64,000 nt of DNA from Oscillospiraceae bacterium. Lineage in GTDB: Bacteria; Bacillota; Clostridia; Oscillospirales; Ruminococcaceae. The notes beneath the pieces are model-generated. The model was not told where the DNA came from and searched no databases. It was given only the letters and a program-made list of their open reading frames with translations. The stretch's first letter is position 1. The number at the start of each line of letters is the position of its first letter. The stretch is taken from the NCBI GenBank assembly GCA_009777415.1, contig WRLX01000002.1, positions 231 to 64,230 of the forward strand, read 5' to 3'. The position numbers and the translations under genes are program-made. Below are positions 9,439-17,873 of this stretch, piece after piece.

Positions 9439-10830
9439 ATGTTCGGTGTATTCATAAACGCATGGAAAATAGCCGATTTACGTAGGAAGATTCTTTTTAC
9501 GATTTTCATTATAATAATTTTCCGTTTAGGTTCACATATATTCATTCCGTTTATTTCTCCCGGTGCGATGGAGGATTTGATGGGGTTGGGCGAAGGTGCG
9601 GGTACGTTAATGGCTTTCTTCAACTCGATTACGGGTGGCGGTCTCGGCAGAGGTGCATTGTTTGCAATGTCAATTACCCCTTATATTAACGCCTCGATTA
9701 TAACCCAGTTGCTTACCGTGGCGATCCCCGCTCTTGAGCGAATGCAAAAAGAGGGCGAGGAGGGGCAGAAGAAAATCAACAGGATAGTTAAGTTTTTGGC
9801 GTTGGGAATCGGTTTGTTTCAGGCAACTGCGTTTTATTTCGCGCTTGCGGGTGCTCCTCCGACCAATGGCGTTCCCGTACTGACGCACACAACAGGAATC
9901 GGCGGTGTCCTTGCTATGATTACCATTATCGGGTGTTTTACTGCGGGTGCATCACTTATTATATGGTTAGGCGAGCAGATTACCGATAAGGGAATAGGGA
10001 ACGGAATTTCGATGATACTCTTTGCGGGTATAATTTCGTCTATACCGAGTGAAATATACACCCTTGTTCAACAGCTTACTGTCGGTGCGACTGCGGGCGA
10101 GCGCGCATTGAATGCAATCTTTGTTCCTTTGACATTGTTGATTTATATCGCAATGATTGGATTTGTTGTGTTGATGACGAATGCCGAACGCAGAATTCCC
10201 GTACAGTATGCGAAACGTCAAGTAGGGCGCAAAATGTACGGTGGTCAAAGTTCGCACATTCCTATTAAAGTCGCAATGTCGGGTGTAATGCCGATTATCT
10301 TTGCAATGTCGATAATGAGTCTCCCGCAGACGATTTTGCACTTTTTCGGAATTACCGGGGAAAGCGGGCTTATGGCGGATTCTTCGGCTGCTGACAGGTT
10401 TTGGGGTGCATTTTTGCGGGCGTTTAATATGCAGACATGGATTTACGCTTTCTTCTATTTCATCTTGATTATAGGGTTTAATTACTTCTATGTGGCGGTA
10501 CAGTATAATCCCGTGGAAATCGCCAACAACTTAAAGAAAAACAACGGTGCGATTCCGGGGTATCGTCCGGGCAAACCAACATCGGATTTCATCAACAATT
10601 CTCTTTCGAAGATTACTTTTATAGGCGCGATATTCCTTGGTATAATTGCGGTATTCCCGATTGCGTTTACAAAAATTACCGGTTATATCGGAGCAAACGG
10701 CGGTCAAGGCATTATAGGCTTGTCGCTCGGCGGTACTACAATCTTAATCGTGGTCGGTGTTGCGCTTGAAACAATGAGGACTCTTGAAAGCCAAATGATG
10801 ATGCGTCACCATAAAGGATTCTTGGAATAG
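9439..10830 (+). CDS. secY: Preprotein translocase SecY
   Basis: ITPYINASII, GIGNGIS, IPGYRPG motifs; multiple TM segments. Confidence 0.98.
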   Translation: MFGVFINAWKIADLRRKILFTIFIIIIFRLGSHIFIPFISPGAMEDLMGLGEGAGTLMAFFNSITGGGLGRGALFAMSITPYINASIITQLLTVAIPALERMQKEGEEGQKKINRIVKFLALGIGLFQATAFYFALAGAPPTNGVPVLTHTTGIGGVLAMITIIGCFTAGASLIIWLGEQITDKGIGNGISMILFAGIISSIPSEIYTLVQQLTVGATAGERALNAIFVPLTLLIYIAMIGFVVLMTNAERRIPVQYAKRQVGRKMYGGQSSHIPIKVAMSGVMPIIFAMSIMSLPQTILHFFGITGESGLMADSSAADRFWGAFLRAFNMQTWIYAFFYFILIIGFNYFYVAVQYNPVEIANNLKKNNGAIPGYRPGKPTSDFINNSLSKITFIGAIFLGIIAVFPIAFTKITGYIGANGGQGIIGLSLGGTTILIVVGVALETMRTLESQMMMRHHKGFLE

Positions 10831-10878
10831 ATTTATTTTAAGTTGTTCCTTGATTCGACAGGATTATTGATTTGAATG

Positions 10879-10887
10879 TGTTATAAT
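10879..10887 (+). promoter_or_regulatory. Extended -10 promoter element upstream of adk
   Basis: TG-T-TATAAT. Confidence 0.45.
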
Positions 10888-10890
10888 TGC

Positions 10891-10918
10891 TAAATGCGGA
10901 AAGGGCAAGAGTAAAATA
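10891..10918 (+). repeat. Family A remnant (core fragment fused to box) before adk
   Basis: TAAATGCGGAAAGGGCAAGAGTAAAA then ATG. Confidence 0.65.
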
Positions 10919-11551
10919 ATGAATCTTATATTTTTGGGTGCACCCGGTTCGGGTAAGGGGACTCAAGCTGAGTTTGTGAGCGAGAAAAAATCAATTCCGC
11001 CGATTTCTACAGGAAATATGTTGCGTGAAGCGGTCAAGAACGGTACACCTGCGGGACTTGCCGCGAAAGAATATATGGACAGGGGCGACCTTGTGCCGGA
11101 CGAAACGGTTATAGGGATTCTTAAAGAGAGAATAGCCAAAGATGATGCCCAAAACGGATTTATCTTGGACGGATTTCCGAGGACTGTCGAACAGGCGAAA
11201 GCTCTTGAGGATATGGGCGTAAACATTGACTTAGCGGTTGAGATTTATGTTCCCGATGAAAGAATTTGTGCCAGAATGGGCGGCAGACGTGTATGCGATG
11301 CTTGCGGAGCGTCTTACCACCTTGAATATAAGCCGACTGCTGTTGAGGGAAAATGCGATGCCTGTGAAGGAAATGCGGTTCAGCGGGTTGACGATAAGCC
11401 CGAAACAGTGTTATCGCGCCTCAAGACTTACCATGAAAAAACTGCACCGCTGAGAGATTTTTACTCTGAACGCGGTAAACTCAAAACGGTTGAGGGTCAG
11501 GAAGAAATTGCCGACACTACTCGTCTCACGTTTGAAGCTATTGGTTGCTGA
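10919..11551 (+). CDS. adk: Adenylate kinase (Zn-lid type)
   Basis: GAPGSGKGTQ, LDGFPRT, CxxC...CxxC lid. Confidence 0.98.
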   Translation: MNLIFLGAPGSGKGTQAEFVSEKKSIPPISTGNMLREAVKNGTPAGLAAKEYMDRGDLVPDETVIGILKERIAKDDAQNGFILDGFPRTVEQAKALEDMGVNIDLAVEIYVPDERICARMGGRRVCDACGASYHLEYKPTAVEGKCDACEGNAVQRVDDKPETVLSRLKTYHEKTAPLRDFYSERGKLKTVEGQEEIADTTRLTFEAIGC

Positions 11552-12351
11552 TGTACGGCTTTCCTAAGAGAAGAGTCGGTTCAAGAGGGCGGATTATCAT
11601 AAAAACTCCGCGGGAAATTGACTTCATGATGAGAGCCGGAGAGGTCGCGGCTTTGGCGTTAAATCACGTAGGCGAAATGATAACTCCTGGAATAAGCACA
11701 TGGGAGCTTAACAGAGTAATCGGTGATTTTATCAAGAGAAAAGGTGCAAGAGCTTCATTTAAAGGGTTGTACGGCTTTCCGGGAAACGCTTGTATTTCAA
11801 TCAATTCCGAGCTAATACACGGGATTCCCTCACGCAAACGCTTTATCAGGGCGGGGGATATTGTGACGATTGATATTGGTGCGAATAAAGACGGGTATCA
11901 CGGTGATGTTTCTAAAACTTTTGCTTGTAGCGGTTTTGATAATCTTAACGAAAACGCCCAAAAGTTATTACGGACTACCGAACAGGCGTTGCGGGATGCA
12001 ATTTGTCAGTGTATGGCGGGGAACAGGATTGGGGATATATCCAATGCCATTCAAACTCAAATAGAGGGTAGCGGTTATTTTATTCCCGATGATTACCTCG
12101 GACATGGAGTAGGCAGGGATTTGCACGAAGACCCTAATGTCCCGAATACCGGACCTCCAGGGAGAGGAGCAAGGCTTACACCGGGGATGACGCTTGCGAT
12201 TGAGCCAATGGCAAATTCCACTACTAAGAAAACCGAGATACTCCGAGATGAGTGGACGGTTGTTGAGGCAAATGGAAATTTGTCGGCGCATTTCGAGCAT
12301 ACAGTGCTGATTACAAGCGGAAGCCCTGTCGTAATGACTTTACTGAAATAA
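11551..12351 (+). CDS. map: Methionine aminopeptidase type I
   Basis: HGIP, DIG...GYHGD, GHGVG..LHEDP, AIEPM, SAHFEHT. Confidence 0.96.
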   Translation: MYGFPKRRVGSRGRIIIKTPREIDFMMRAGEVAALALNHVGEMITPGISTWELNRVIGDFIKRKGARASFKGLYGFPGNACISINSELIHGIPSRKRFIRAGDIVTIDIGANKDGYHGDVSKTFACSGFDNLNENAQKLLRTTEQALRDAICQCMAGNRIGDISNAIQTQIEGSGYFIPDDYLGHGVGRDLHEDPNVPNTGPPGRGARLTPGMTLAIEPMANSTTKKTEILRDEWTVVEANGNLSAHFEHTVLITSGSPVVMTLLK

Positions 12352-12357
12352 CAGTAA

Positions 12358-12618
12358 ATGGAAAATTTAGAATATATTGTTGCAAAAAGCACGGCGGGAC
12401 ACGACAAAGGGAGTTGGTATGCTATTGTATGTGGCAATTCGGACTTGTCGGGATTTGCGTACATTGCCGATGGCAGACGGCGAAAACTCGGTACTCCCAA
12501 GAAAAAAAACATAAAGCATCTTGAAATAACCAATAAAACTGTTAAGTTGGATTATTTTACTGATAAATCCTTAAGAAAAGCCTTGTGGGAATTAAATTTC
12601 GGAAGTAAAAACCAATAA
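12358..12618 (+). CDS. KOW-domain / L14e-like RNA-binding protein
   Basis: STAGHDKG...ADGRRRKLGTPKKKNIKHL; usual position between map and infA. Confidence 0.85.
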   Translation: MENLEYIVAKSTAGHDKGSWYAIVCGNSDLSGFAYIADGRRRKLGTPKKKNIKHLEITNKTVKLDYFTDKSLRKALWELNFGSKNQ

Positions 12619-12667
12619 TTGTTCATGATAGCGATTAATTGAGAAAATACGAAAGGTGGGGAGGTTT

Positions 12668-12886
12668 TTGGCAAAGGACGATGTAATTGAGGTTGAGGGT
12701 GTAATCCTTGAAGCGTTGCCGAATGCGATGTTTAAGGTTGAGCTTTCTAATGGGCATAAAATCCTCGCCCACGTAAGCGGAAGGCTTAGGATGAATTTTA
12801 TACGGATACTTCCGGGAGACAAGGTGACAATTGAAATGTCGCCCTATGATTTGACTAAGGGACGCATCACATGGCGCGCAAAATAA
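12668..12886 (+). CDS. infA: Translation initiation factor IF-1 (TTG start)
   Basis: [10 protein letters not shown]...LPNAMF...[10 protein letters not shown]. Confidence 0.97.
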   Translation: MAKDDVIEVEGVILEALPNAMFKVELSNGHKILAHVSGRLRMNFIRILPGDKVTIEMSPYDLTKGRITWRAK

Positions 12887-12914
12887 ATTTGTCGTTGCTT
12901 GGATTTATAAAGTG

Positions 12915-13004
12915 TTTGTGCAGAAAAAATTTGGAAAAAATTGAAAGTAAATCTGTGTAAATGCTTTCAGTCGCACGTTTGTGCAGAAAGGGCATGGGAA
13001 AGAA
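12915..13004 (+). repeat. Family A unit with internal deletion before rpmJ
   Basis: TTTGTGCAGAAA...TTGAAAGTAAATCTGTGTAAATGC[del]TTTCAGTCGCACGTTTGTGCAGAAAGGGCATGGG. Confidence 0.88.
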
Positions 13005-13118
13005 ATGAAAGTTAAACCATCTGTAAAGCCTATTTGCGATAAATGTAAGATTATCAAACGTCATGGCAAGGTTATGGTTATATGTAAAGAACCTAAGCAT
13101 AAGCAAACTCAAGGATGA
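13005..13118 (+). CDS. rpmJ: 50S ribosomal protein L36 (not in ORF track)
   Basis: Manual translation [37 protein letters not shown]. Confidence 0.97.
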   Translation: MKVKPSVKPICDKCKIIKRHGKVMVICKEPKHKQTQG

Positions 13119-13150
13119 TAACTTGTTCTTAATATTAGGAGGAAATTTCT

Positions 13151-13522
13151 ATGGCGAGAATTGCCGGTGTGGATTTGCCGAAAGCGAAACGTATTGAAAT
13201 TGGGTTGACCTACGTTTTTGGAATTGGCAGAAAAACTTCAAACGATATTTTAGCGGCGGCGGGAGTGAATCCCGACACACGTGTTAAAGACCTTACCGAT
13301 GCCGAGGAGGCGAAAATCCGTGAAGCGATTGATGCTAACGGCTATTTGGTGGAAGGTGACCTTCGGCGTGAAACCGCGCTCAACATAAAGCGGTTAATTG
13401 AGATTAACTGTTACCGCGGGATTCGTCACCGTAAGGGATTACCGGTACGCGGACAACGGACAAAGACCAATGCAAGAACCAGAAAAGGGCCGAGAAAGAC
13501 AATCGCTAATAAGAAGAAGTAG
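13151..13522 (+). CDS. rpsM: 30S ribosomal protein S13
   Basis: [10 protein letters not shown]...[18 protein letters not shown]. Confidence 0.98.
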   Translation: MARIAGVDLPKAKRIEIGLTYVFGIGRKTSNDILAAAGVNPDTRVKDLTDAEEAKIREAIDANGYLVEGDLRRETALNIKRLIEINCYRGIRHRKGLPVRGQRTKTNARTRKGPRKTIANKKK

Positions 13523-13547
13523 CGCGGACTTTCTACGGGGATATTAT

Positions 13548-13608
13548 AAGGTTTGAAAGCATGCGGCTTTCAAACGCACGTCTGTGCAGAAAGGGCATGG
13601 GTAAAAAA
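13548..13608 (+). repeat. Minimal family A unit before rpsK
   Basis: GTTTGAAAGC-ATGCG-GCTTTCAAAC perfect 10-bp hairpin, then GCACGTCTGTGC and the box. Confidence 0.9.
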
Positions 13609-14013
13609 ATGGCAGCAACCAAGGGCGGCAAAAAGCCGGTTATTCGCAGAAGGCGGGAACGTAAGAATATCGAGAATGGTTCCGCTCATATTCAATCGAC
13701 ATTTAATAATACAATAGTCACCATTACCGATTTGCGCGGCAACGCTCTTTCGTGGGCATCGGCCGGCGGATTGGGGTTTAGAGGCTCACGGAAATCGACC
13801 CCGTTTGCGGCATCGTCTGCTGCTGAAACGGCGGCTAAGTCTGCGATGGAACACGGTCTTAAAACTGTAGAGGTTTATGTAAAAGGTCCCGGTTCGGGAA
13901 GGGAGGCGGCAATCCGCGCATTACAAACGGCGGGTCTTGAAGTCAGAATGATTAAAGATGTTACTCCGATTCCCCACAATGGTTGCAGACCTCCTAAACG
14001 CAGGCGTGTATAG
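13609..14013 (+). CDS. rpsK: 30S ribosomal protein S11
   Basis: STFNNT...KSTPFAA...[12 protein letters not shown]. Confidence 0.98.
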   Translation: MAATKGGKKPVIRRRRERKNIENGSAHIQSTFNNTIVTITDLRGNALSWASAGGLGFRGSRKSTPFAASSAAETAAKSAMEHGLKTVEVYVKGPGSGREAAIRALQTAGLEVRMIKDVTPIPHNGCRPPKRRRV

Positions 14014-14111
14014 TGCTTAATGAGGGTGTGCTTAACGCAGATGTGTGTAGTGTTTAGCGCGGGTATGTCATAGTTAAGATTGTTTTAATAAAACGGGGAA
14101 GGCGGTAGCTT

Positions 14112-14801
14112 GTGGAACAGCAAAGAGTTTTTTATTCTAAATTCTTAGAGTTCATGGAAGAATGCGGCGCATTGCTTTTTGGGGATTTTACATTGAAAAG
14201 CGGTCGCAAGTCGCCTTATTTTATCAACACAGGCGAGTATAGTCTCGGCAGTCAGCTTGGCAGATTGAGCGAGTTTTACGCCGAAATGATAACCCGGAGC
14301 ATTAACGAGGGTAATGCCGCGAAATTCGATGTACTGTACGGACCTGCCTATAAGGGAATATCGTTGGCGGTTACTGCGGCGGTTGCGTTATCGCGGAATG
14401 TTCGTAATCCTATGGATGTAAGAGTTTCGTATAATCGCAAGGAAGCCAAAGACCACGGTGATGCAAAATCAATTTTGGGGTATACTCCGACTAAAGCCGA
14501 TAAAATTGCTATTATTGAAGATGTGACAACTGCAGGAACGTCAATACGGGAAACAATTGCGTTGTTTGAGGGGCTTGGTATAGCCAATCCCGCCGAGAAT
14601 ATTACTTCTTTGTATATTTCGGTTGACCGTATGGAGCGGGGGACGGACAGTATAAGTGCGACTAAGCAAATTGAGCGTGATTATGGGATTCCTGTTTATT
14701 CAATTGCCACGGCGCATGATATTATAGATTATCTTGAGAGTCACAAAAAGTCTGATTACGCGGCAAAAATGAGGGAGTATCTGAATGAGTACGGAGTTTA
14801 G
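14112..14801 (+). CDS. pyrE: Orotate phosphoribosyltransferase
   Basis: FGDFTLKSGRKSPYF, GPAYKGI, RKEAKDHG, IIEDVTTAGTS. Confidence 0.95.
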   Translation: MEQQRVFYSKFLEFMEECGALLFGDFTLKSGRKSPYFINTGEYSLGSQLGRLSEFYAEMITRSINEGNAAKFDVLYGPAYKGISLAVTAAVALSRNVRNPMDVRVSYNRKEAKDHGDAKSILGYTPTKADKIAIIEDVTTAGTSIRETIALFEGLGIANPAENITSLYISVDRMERGTDSISATKQIERDYGIPVYSIATAHDIIDYLESHKKSDYAAKMREYLNEYGV

Positions 14802-14858
14802 GGAATTCTGCCCTAACGTCGAGAAAAGCTCGATATTTATTTATTAAAGGAGAAGAAA

Positions 14859-15467
14859 ATGGCAGTTTACAGAGAACCTATTTCTAAAAAATGTAAATCC
14901 TTGGGAATCAGCCCGGCGGTGTTGGGTTATACCCATAAAAAGGAAACAAGGCGCAAATTCGGGGCGGGCAGCAATACTCGTAAAAAGGTTTCGGAATACG
15001 GATTGCAGCTCAAGGAAAAGCAGAAGCTTAAATTTATATACGGTGTGTTGGAAAAGCAGTTCTATCGCTACTATGAAATTGCGATTAGAGAAGAAGGCGT
15101 TACCGGTGAGAACCTGTTGTTGTTGCTTGAATCGCGGCTTGATAATGTGGTTTACAGAATGAACATGGCTATCACAAGGCGTGAAGCGCGTCAGTTGGTG
15201 GGTCACGGGCATTTTACTGTCAACGGCAAGCGGGTAGACATCCCCTCTTATAGGGTTAAGGTCGGCGATGTTGTGGCACTTCATGAGGGAAGCAAGAAGA
15301 GTGCTAAGTTTGAGCAGATTATTGAACTGACTCACGGCAGAACTGCGCCGCAATGGTTGGATGTCAACAGAGAAGCGCGAACCGCAACGGTAGTGAGGAA
15401 GCCTCAGCGTGATGAGCTTGATTTTGAAATTCAAGAGAATTTGGTTATAGAGTTGTATTCTAAGTAA
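14859..15467 (+). CDS. rpsD: 30S ribosomal protein S4
   Basis: SEYGLQLKEKQK...LESRLDNVVYR...IELYSK. Confidence 0.98.
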   Translation: MAVYREPISKKCKSLGISPAVLGYTHKKETRRKFGAGSNTRKKVSEYGLQLKEKQKLKFIYGVLEKQFYRYYEIAIREEGVTGENLLLLLESRLDNVVYRMNMAITRREARQLVGHGHFTVNGKRVDIPSYRVKVGDVVALHEGSKKSAKFEQIIELTHGRTAPQWLDVNREARTATVVRKPQRDELDFEIQENLVIELYSK

Positions 15468-15471
15468 TTAG

Positions 15472-15742
15472 CGAATTTCTACGGTTTATCGATGCAATAT
15501 TGGAAAGGGTTCAACACTGAATACCAATCCTTGTGCGAGCGGAAAACGAATTTCTGCGGTTTATTGACACAATATTGGAAAGGGTTCAACACTGAATACC
15601 AATCCTTGTGCGAGCGGAAAACGAATTTCTGCGGTTTATCGACACAATATTGGAAAGGGTTCAACACTGAATACCAATCCTTGTGCGAGCGGAAAACGAA
15701 TTTCTGCGGTTTATTGACACAATATTGGAAAGGGGTAAATGT
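15472..15742 (+). repeat. 75-bp tandem array (~3.5 copies) before rpoA; divergent family A variant
   Basis: CGAATTTCT recurs at 15472, 15547, 15622, 15697; each unit has GCGGAAAACGAA and GGAAAGGG; the last box serves as the rpoA SD. Confidence 0.93.
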
Positions 15743-16717
15743 ATGCTTGAAAGAATAGAGAAGTCTGAAATTGAAACGATTAAGCTGAAACCCGATGGAA
15801 CTTATGGGATGTTTTGTCTTGAACCGCTTGAATGCGGGTTTGGCAACACCCTTGGTAACAGTTTAAGGCGAGTTTTGCTCTCATCCCTGCCGGGAGTGGC
15901 AGTTACCTCGATAAAAATCTCCGGCTCGGACGGGCAAATTGAACACGAATTTTCTACGATTCCGGGAGTTAAGGAAGATGTAACCGAAATTATCCTCAAC
16001 GTCAAAGGACTTTTGGCGAAAATGCACGGCGATTGCCCGAAGACGGTTTATATTAATGCCGAGGGCGAGTGTGAAGTAAAAGCCGGAGATATAGAAACAG
16101 ACAGCGAGATTGAGATTATTGACCCTAACATTCATATAGCCTCATTGGGACCCGGAGCGGTATTGTCTATGGAGCTTACATTTGACAATGGGCGAGGTTA
16201 TATCGGTGCTGAAAAAAATAAGCAATATATGCAGCAACAGATAATTGGAGTAATCCCTATTGACAGCATTTATACGCCTGTTTTAAAGGTCAATTACTCG
16301 GTTGAAAACACCCGTGTCGGTCAAAGAACGGATTTTGATAAGCTTACGATTGAAGTTTGGACTGATGGTACTATGTCGGCAAAAGAGGCGGTTTCGTATG
16401 CGGCGAAGCTGTTGTGTGAGCATTTGATGCTGTTTGTGGGATTGTCCGATGAGATAAATCAGCCTGAGTTGATGTCGGAAAAAGAAGATAGGAGTAAGGA
16501 TAAGATTCTTGAGATGACTATTGAAGATTTGGATTTATCGGTGCGTTCGTTTAATTGCTTGAAGCGTGCCGGAATAAATACAGTTGATGATTTAATTAAC
16601 AGGTCGCCCGAAGATATGATGAAAGTGCGGAACTTAGGTAAAAAATCCTTTGATGAAGTCCGCGAAAAGCTGTTATCATTGGGGTTTGACTTAGCACCGA
16701 GCGATTTGGATATGTAA
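15743..16717 (+). CDS. rpoA: RNA polymerase alpha subunit
   Basis: [25 protein letters not shown]...[14 protein letters not shown]. Confidence 0.98.
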   Translation: MLERIEKSEIETIKLKPDGTYGMFCLEPLECGFGNTLGNSLRRVLLSSLPGVAVTSIKISGSDGQIEHEFSTIPGVKEDVTEIILNVKGLLAKMHGDCPKTVYINAEGECEVKAGDIETDSEIEIIDPNIHIASLGPGAVLSMELTFDNGRGYIGAEKNKQYMQQQIIGVIPIDSIYTPVLKVNYSVENTRVGQRTDFDKLTIEVWTDGTMSAKEAVSYAAKLLCEHLMLFVGLSDEINQPELMSEKEDRSKDKILEMTIEDLDLSVRSFNCLKRAGINTVDDLINRSPEDMMKVRNLGKKSFDEVREKLLSLGFDLAPSDLDM

Positions 16718-16738
16718 GAATATCGCCGGGTGCATTTC

Positions 16739-16785
16739 GAAAAATCAGTTTATGGCACTTTTGTGCAGAAAGGGCATGGTTAAAC
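16739..16785 (+). repeat. Partial family A unit before rplQ
   Basis: TTTATGGCACTTTTGTGCAGAAAGGGCATGGTTAAAC then ATG. Confidence 0.85.
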
Positions 16786-17124
16786 ATGGCAATGAGGAAA
16801 TTGGGGCGACCTACCGCGCATAGAAAAGCGATGTTACGTGGCATGGTAACGCATTTTTTGGAAAACGAAAGAATGGAAACAACGATTACACGCGCGAAAG
16901 AATTGCGCAGTGTTGTTGAAAAAATTATCACAACGGGCAAAAAAAGTGATTTACATTCCAAAAGACAGGTATACGCTGTTGTCACTAAGGAAGATGTTTC
17001 TAAGAAACTGTTTGACGAAATCGCGCCTCGTTATGCCGACAGGAATGGCGGATACACTCGTATAATCCGCATCGGTCCGCGCAGGGGTGATGCTGCGGAA
17101 ATGGCTATAATTGAGTTTGTATAG
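16786..17124 (+). CDS. rplQ: 50S ribosomal protein L17
   Basis: RKLGR...RNGGYTRI...RRGDAAEM. Confidence 0.98.
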   Translation: MAMRKLGRPTAHRKAMLRGMVTHFLENERMETTITRAKELRSVVEKIITTGKKSDLHSKRQVYAVVTKEDVSKKLFDEIAPRYADRNGGYTRIIRIGPRRGDAAEMAIIEFV

Positions 17125-17169
17125 GTCTTTGAGACTTTCAATTTGAGAGAATTTTTTAAAGCATTTAAA

Positions 17170-17207
17170 GCAATAGAGCGGGATTGGTTAAAATCCCGCT
17201 CTATTGC
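17170..17207. terminator. Hairpin between convergent rplQ and ferredoxin (probable bidirectional terminator)
   Basis: GCAATAGAGCGGGATT / AATCCCGCTCTATTGC 16-bp inverted repeat. Confidence 0.8.
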
Positions 17208-17236
17208 AGTTGCATTACAATTTAGAGTAACCTGTG

Positions 17237-17404
17237 TTAATCGCCCGCGTTAATTGCGTCCACCGGGCAACTGCCGGCGCAAGCACCACAGTCAATGCAG
17301 TCGGCGTTGATACTGTACTTTTCGCCGTCCTCTTTAATTGCGTCAACGGGGCAGTCTGCCGCACAAGCACCGCAGTTAATGCAACTGTCATTGATTACAT
17401 ACAT
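17237..17404 (-). CDS. 2[4Fe-4S] clostridial-type ferredoxin (not in ORF track)
   Basis: MYVINDSCINCGACAADCPVDAI...CIDCGACAGSCPVDAINAGD; two CxxCxxCxxxCP motifs; SD AGGAGG. Confidence 0.95.
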   Translation of the reverse strand: MYVINDSCINCGACAADCPVDAIKEDGEKYSINADCIDCGACAGSCPVDAINAGD

Positions 17405-17630
17405 GAACATTTCCTCCTGTAAAATTAATTTATTCGTTTAATATTATAACACGGAATTTTTAAAAATGCAATAGCGAAACGAATACAGTAAAAAAAATTT
17501 TTTTGTTATACTGCGGAGTAGTATTAAGTGGTTGATACCCGTCATTTCCACACGAAATAGTTGTATTTCAAACAAAAAGAAAAAACGATAAACCTTGAAA
17601 ATCAAAAGTTTATCGCTTTTTCTTTTGCTA

Positions 17631-17703
17631 CTCCCCAAGCTGGACTCGAACCAGCGACCCTTCGGTTAACAGCCGAATGCTCTACCGACTGAGCTATTGA
17701 GGA
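17631..17703 (-). tRNA. tRNA-Asn (GTT)
   Basis: TCCTCAATAGCTCAGTCGGTAGAGCATTCGGCTGTTAACCGAA...GGTTCGAGTCC; cloverleaf. Confidence 0.96.
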
Positions 17704-17746
17704 ACATTTTTACAAATTACAACCATACAAAAACCTAACTGTCATA

Positions 17747-17817
17747 AGGCGTCACCCGGATTTGAACCGGGGATCAAGGTGTTGCAGACCTATGCCTTAC
17801 CACTTGGCTATGACGCC
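17747..17817 (-). tRNA. tRNA-Cys (GCA)
   Basis: GGCGTCATAGCCAAGTGGTAAGGCATAGGTCTGCAACACCT...GGTTCAAATCC. Confidence 0.96.
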
Positions 17818-17837
17818 ACTCTCATAAACCATTATCC

Positions 17838-17866
17838 ATTATAACAGCTCTTTTTTACTTTGTCAA
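17838..17866 (-). promoter_or_regulatory. sigma-A promoter of tRNA-Cys/Asn
   Basis: TTGACA-17-TATAAT on the minus strand. Confidence 0.8.
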
Positions 17867-17873
17867 GTGTTTT

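Noticed and set aside
11552-11564. 13-nt identity (TGTACGGCTTTCC) between the map 5' end and an internal map segment near 11768
   Set aside because: Single short match with no further structure; could be chance.
17234-17422. 62-aa plus-strand ORF
   Set aside because: Shadow of the minus-strand ferredoxin at 17237-17404.
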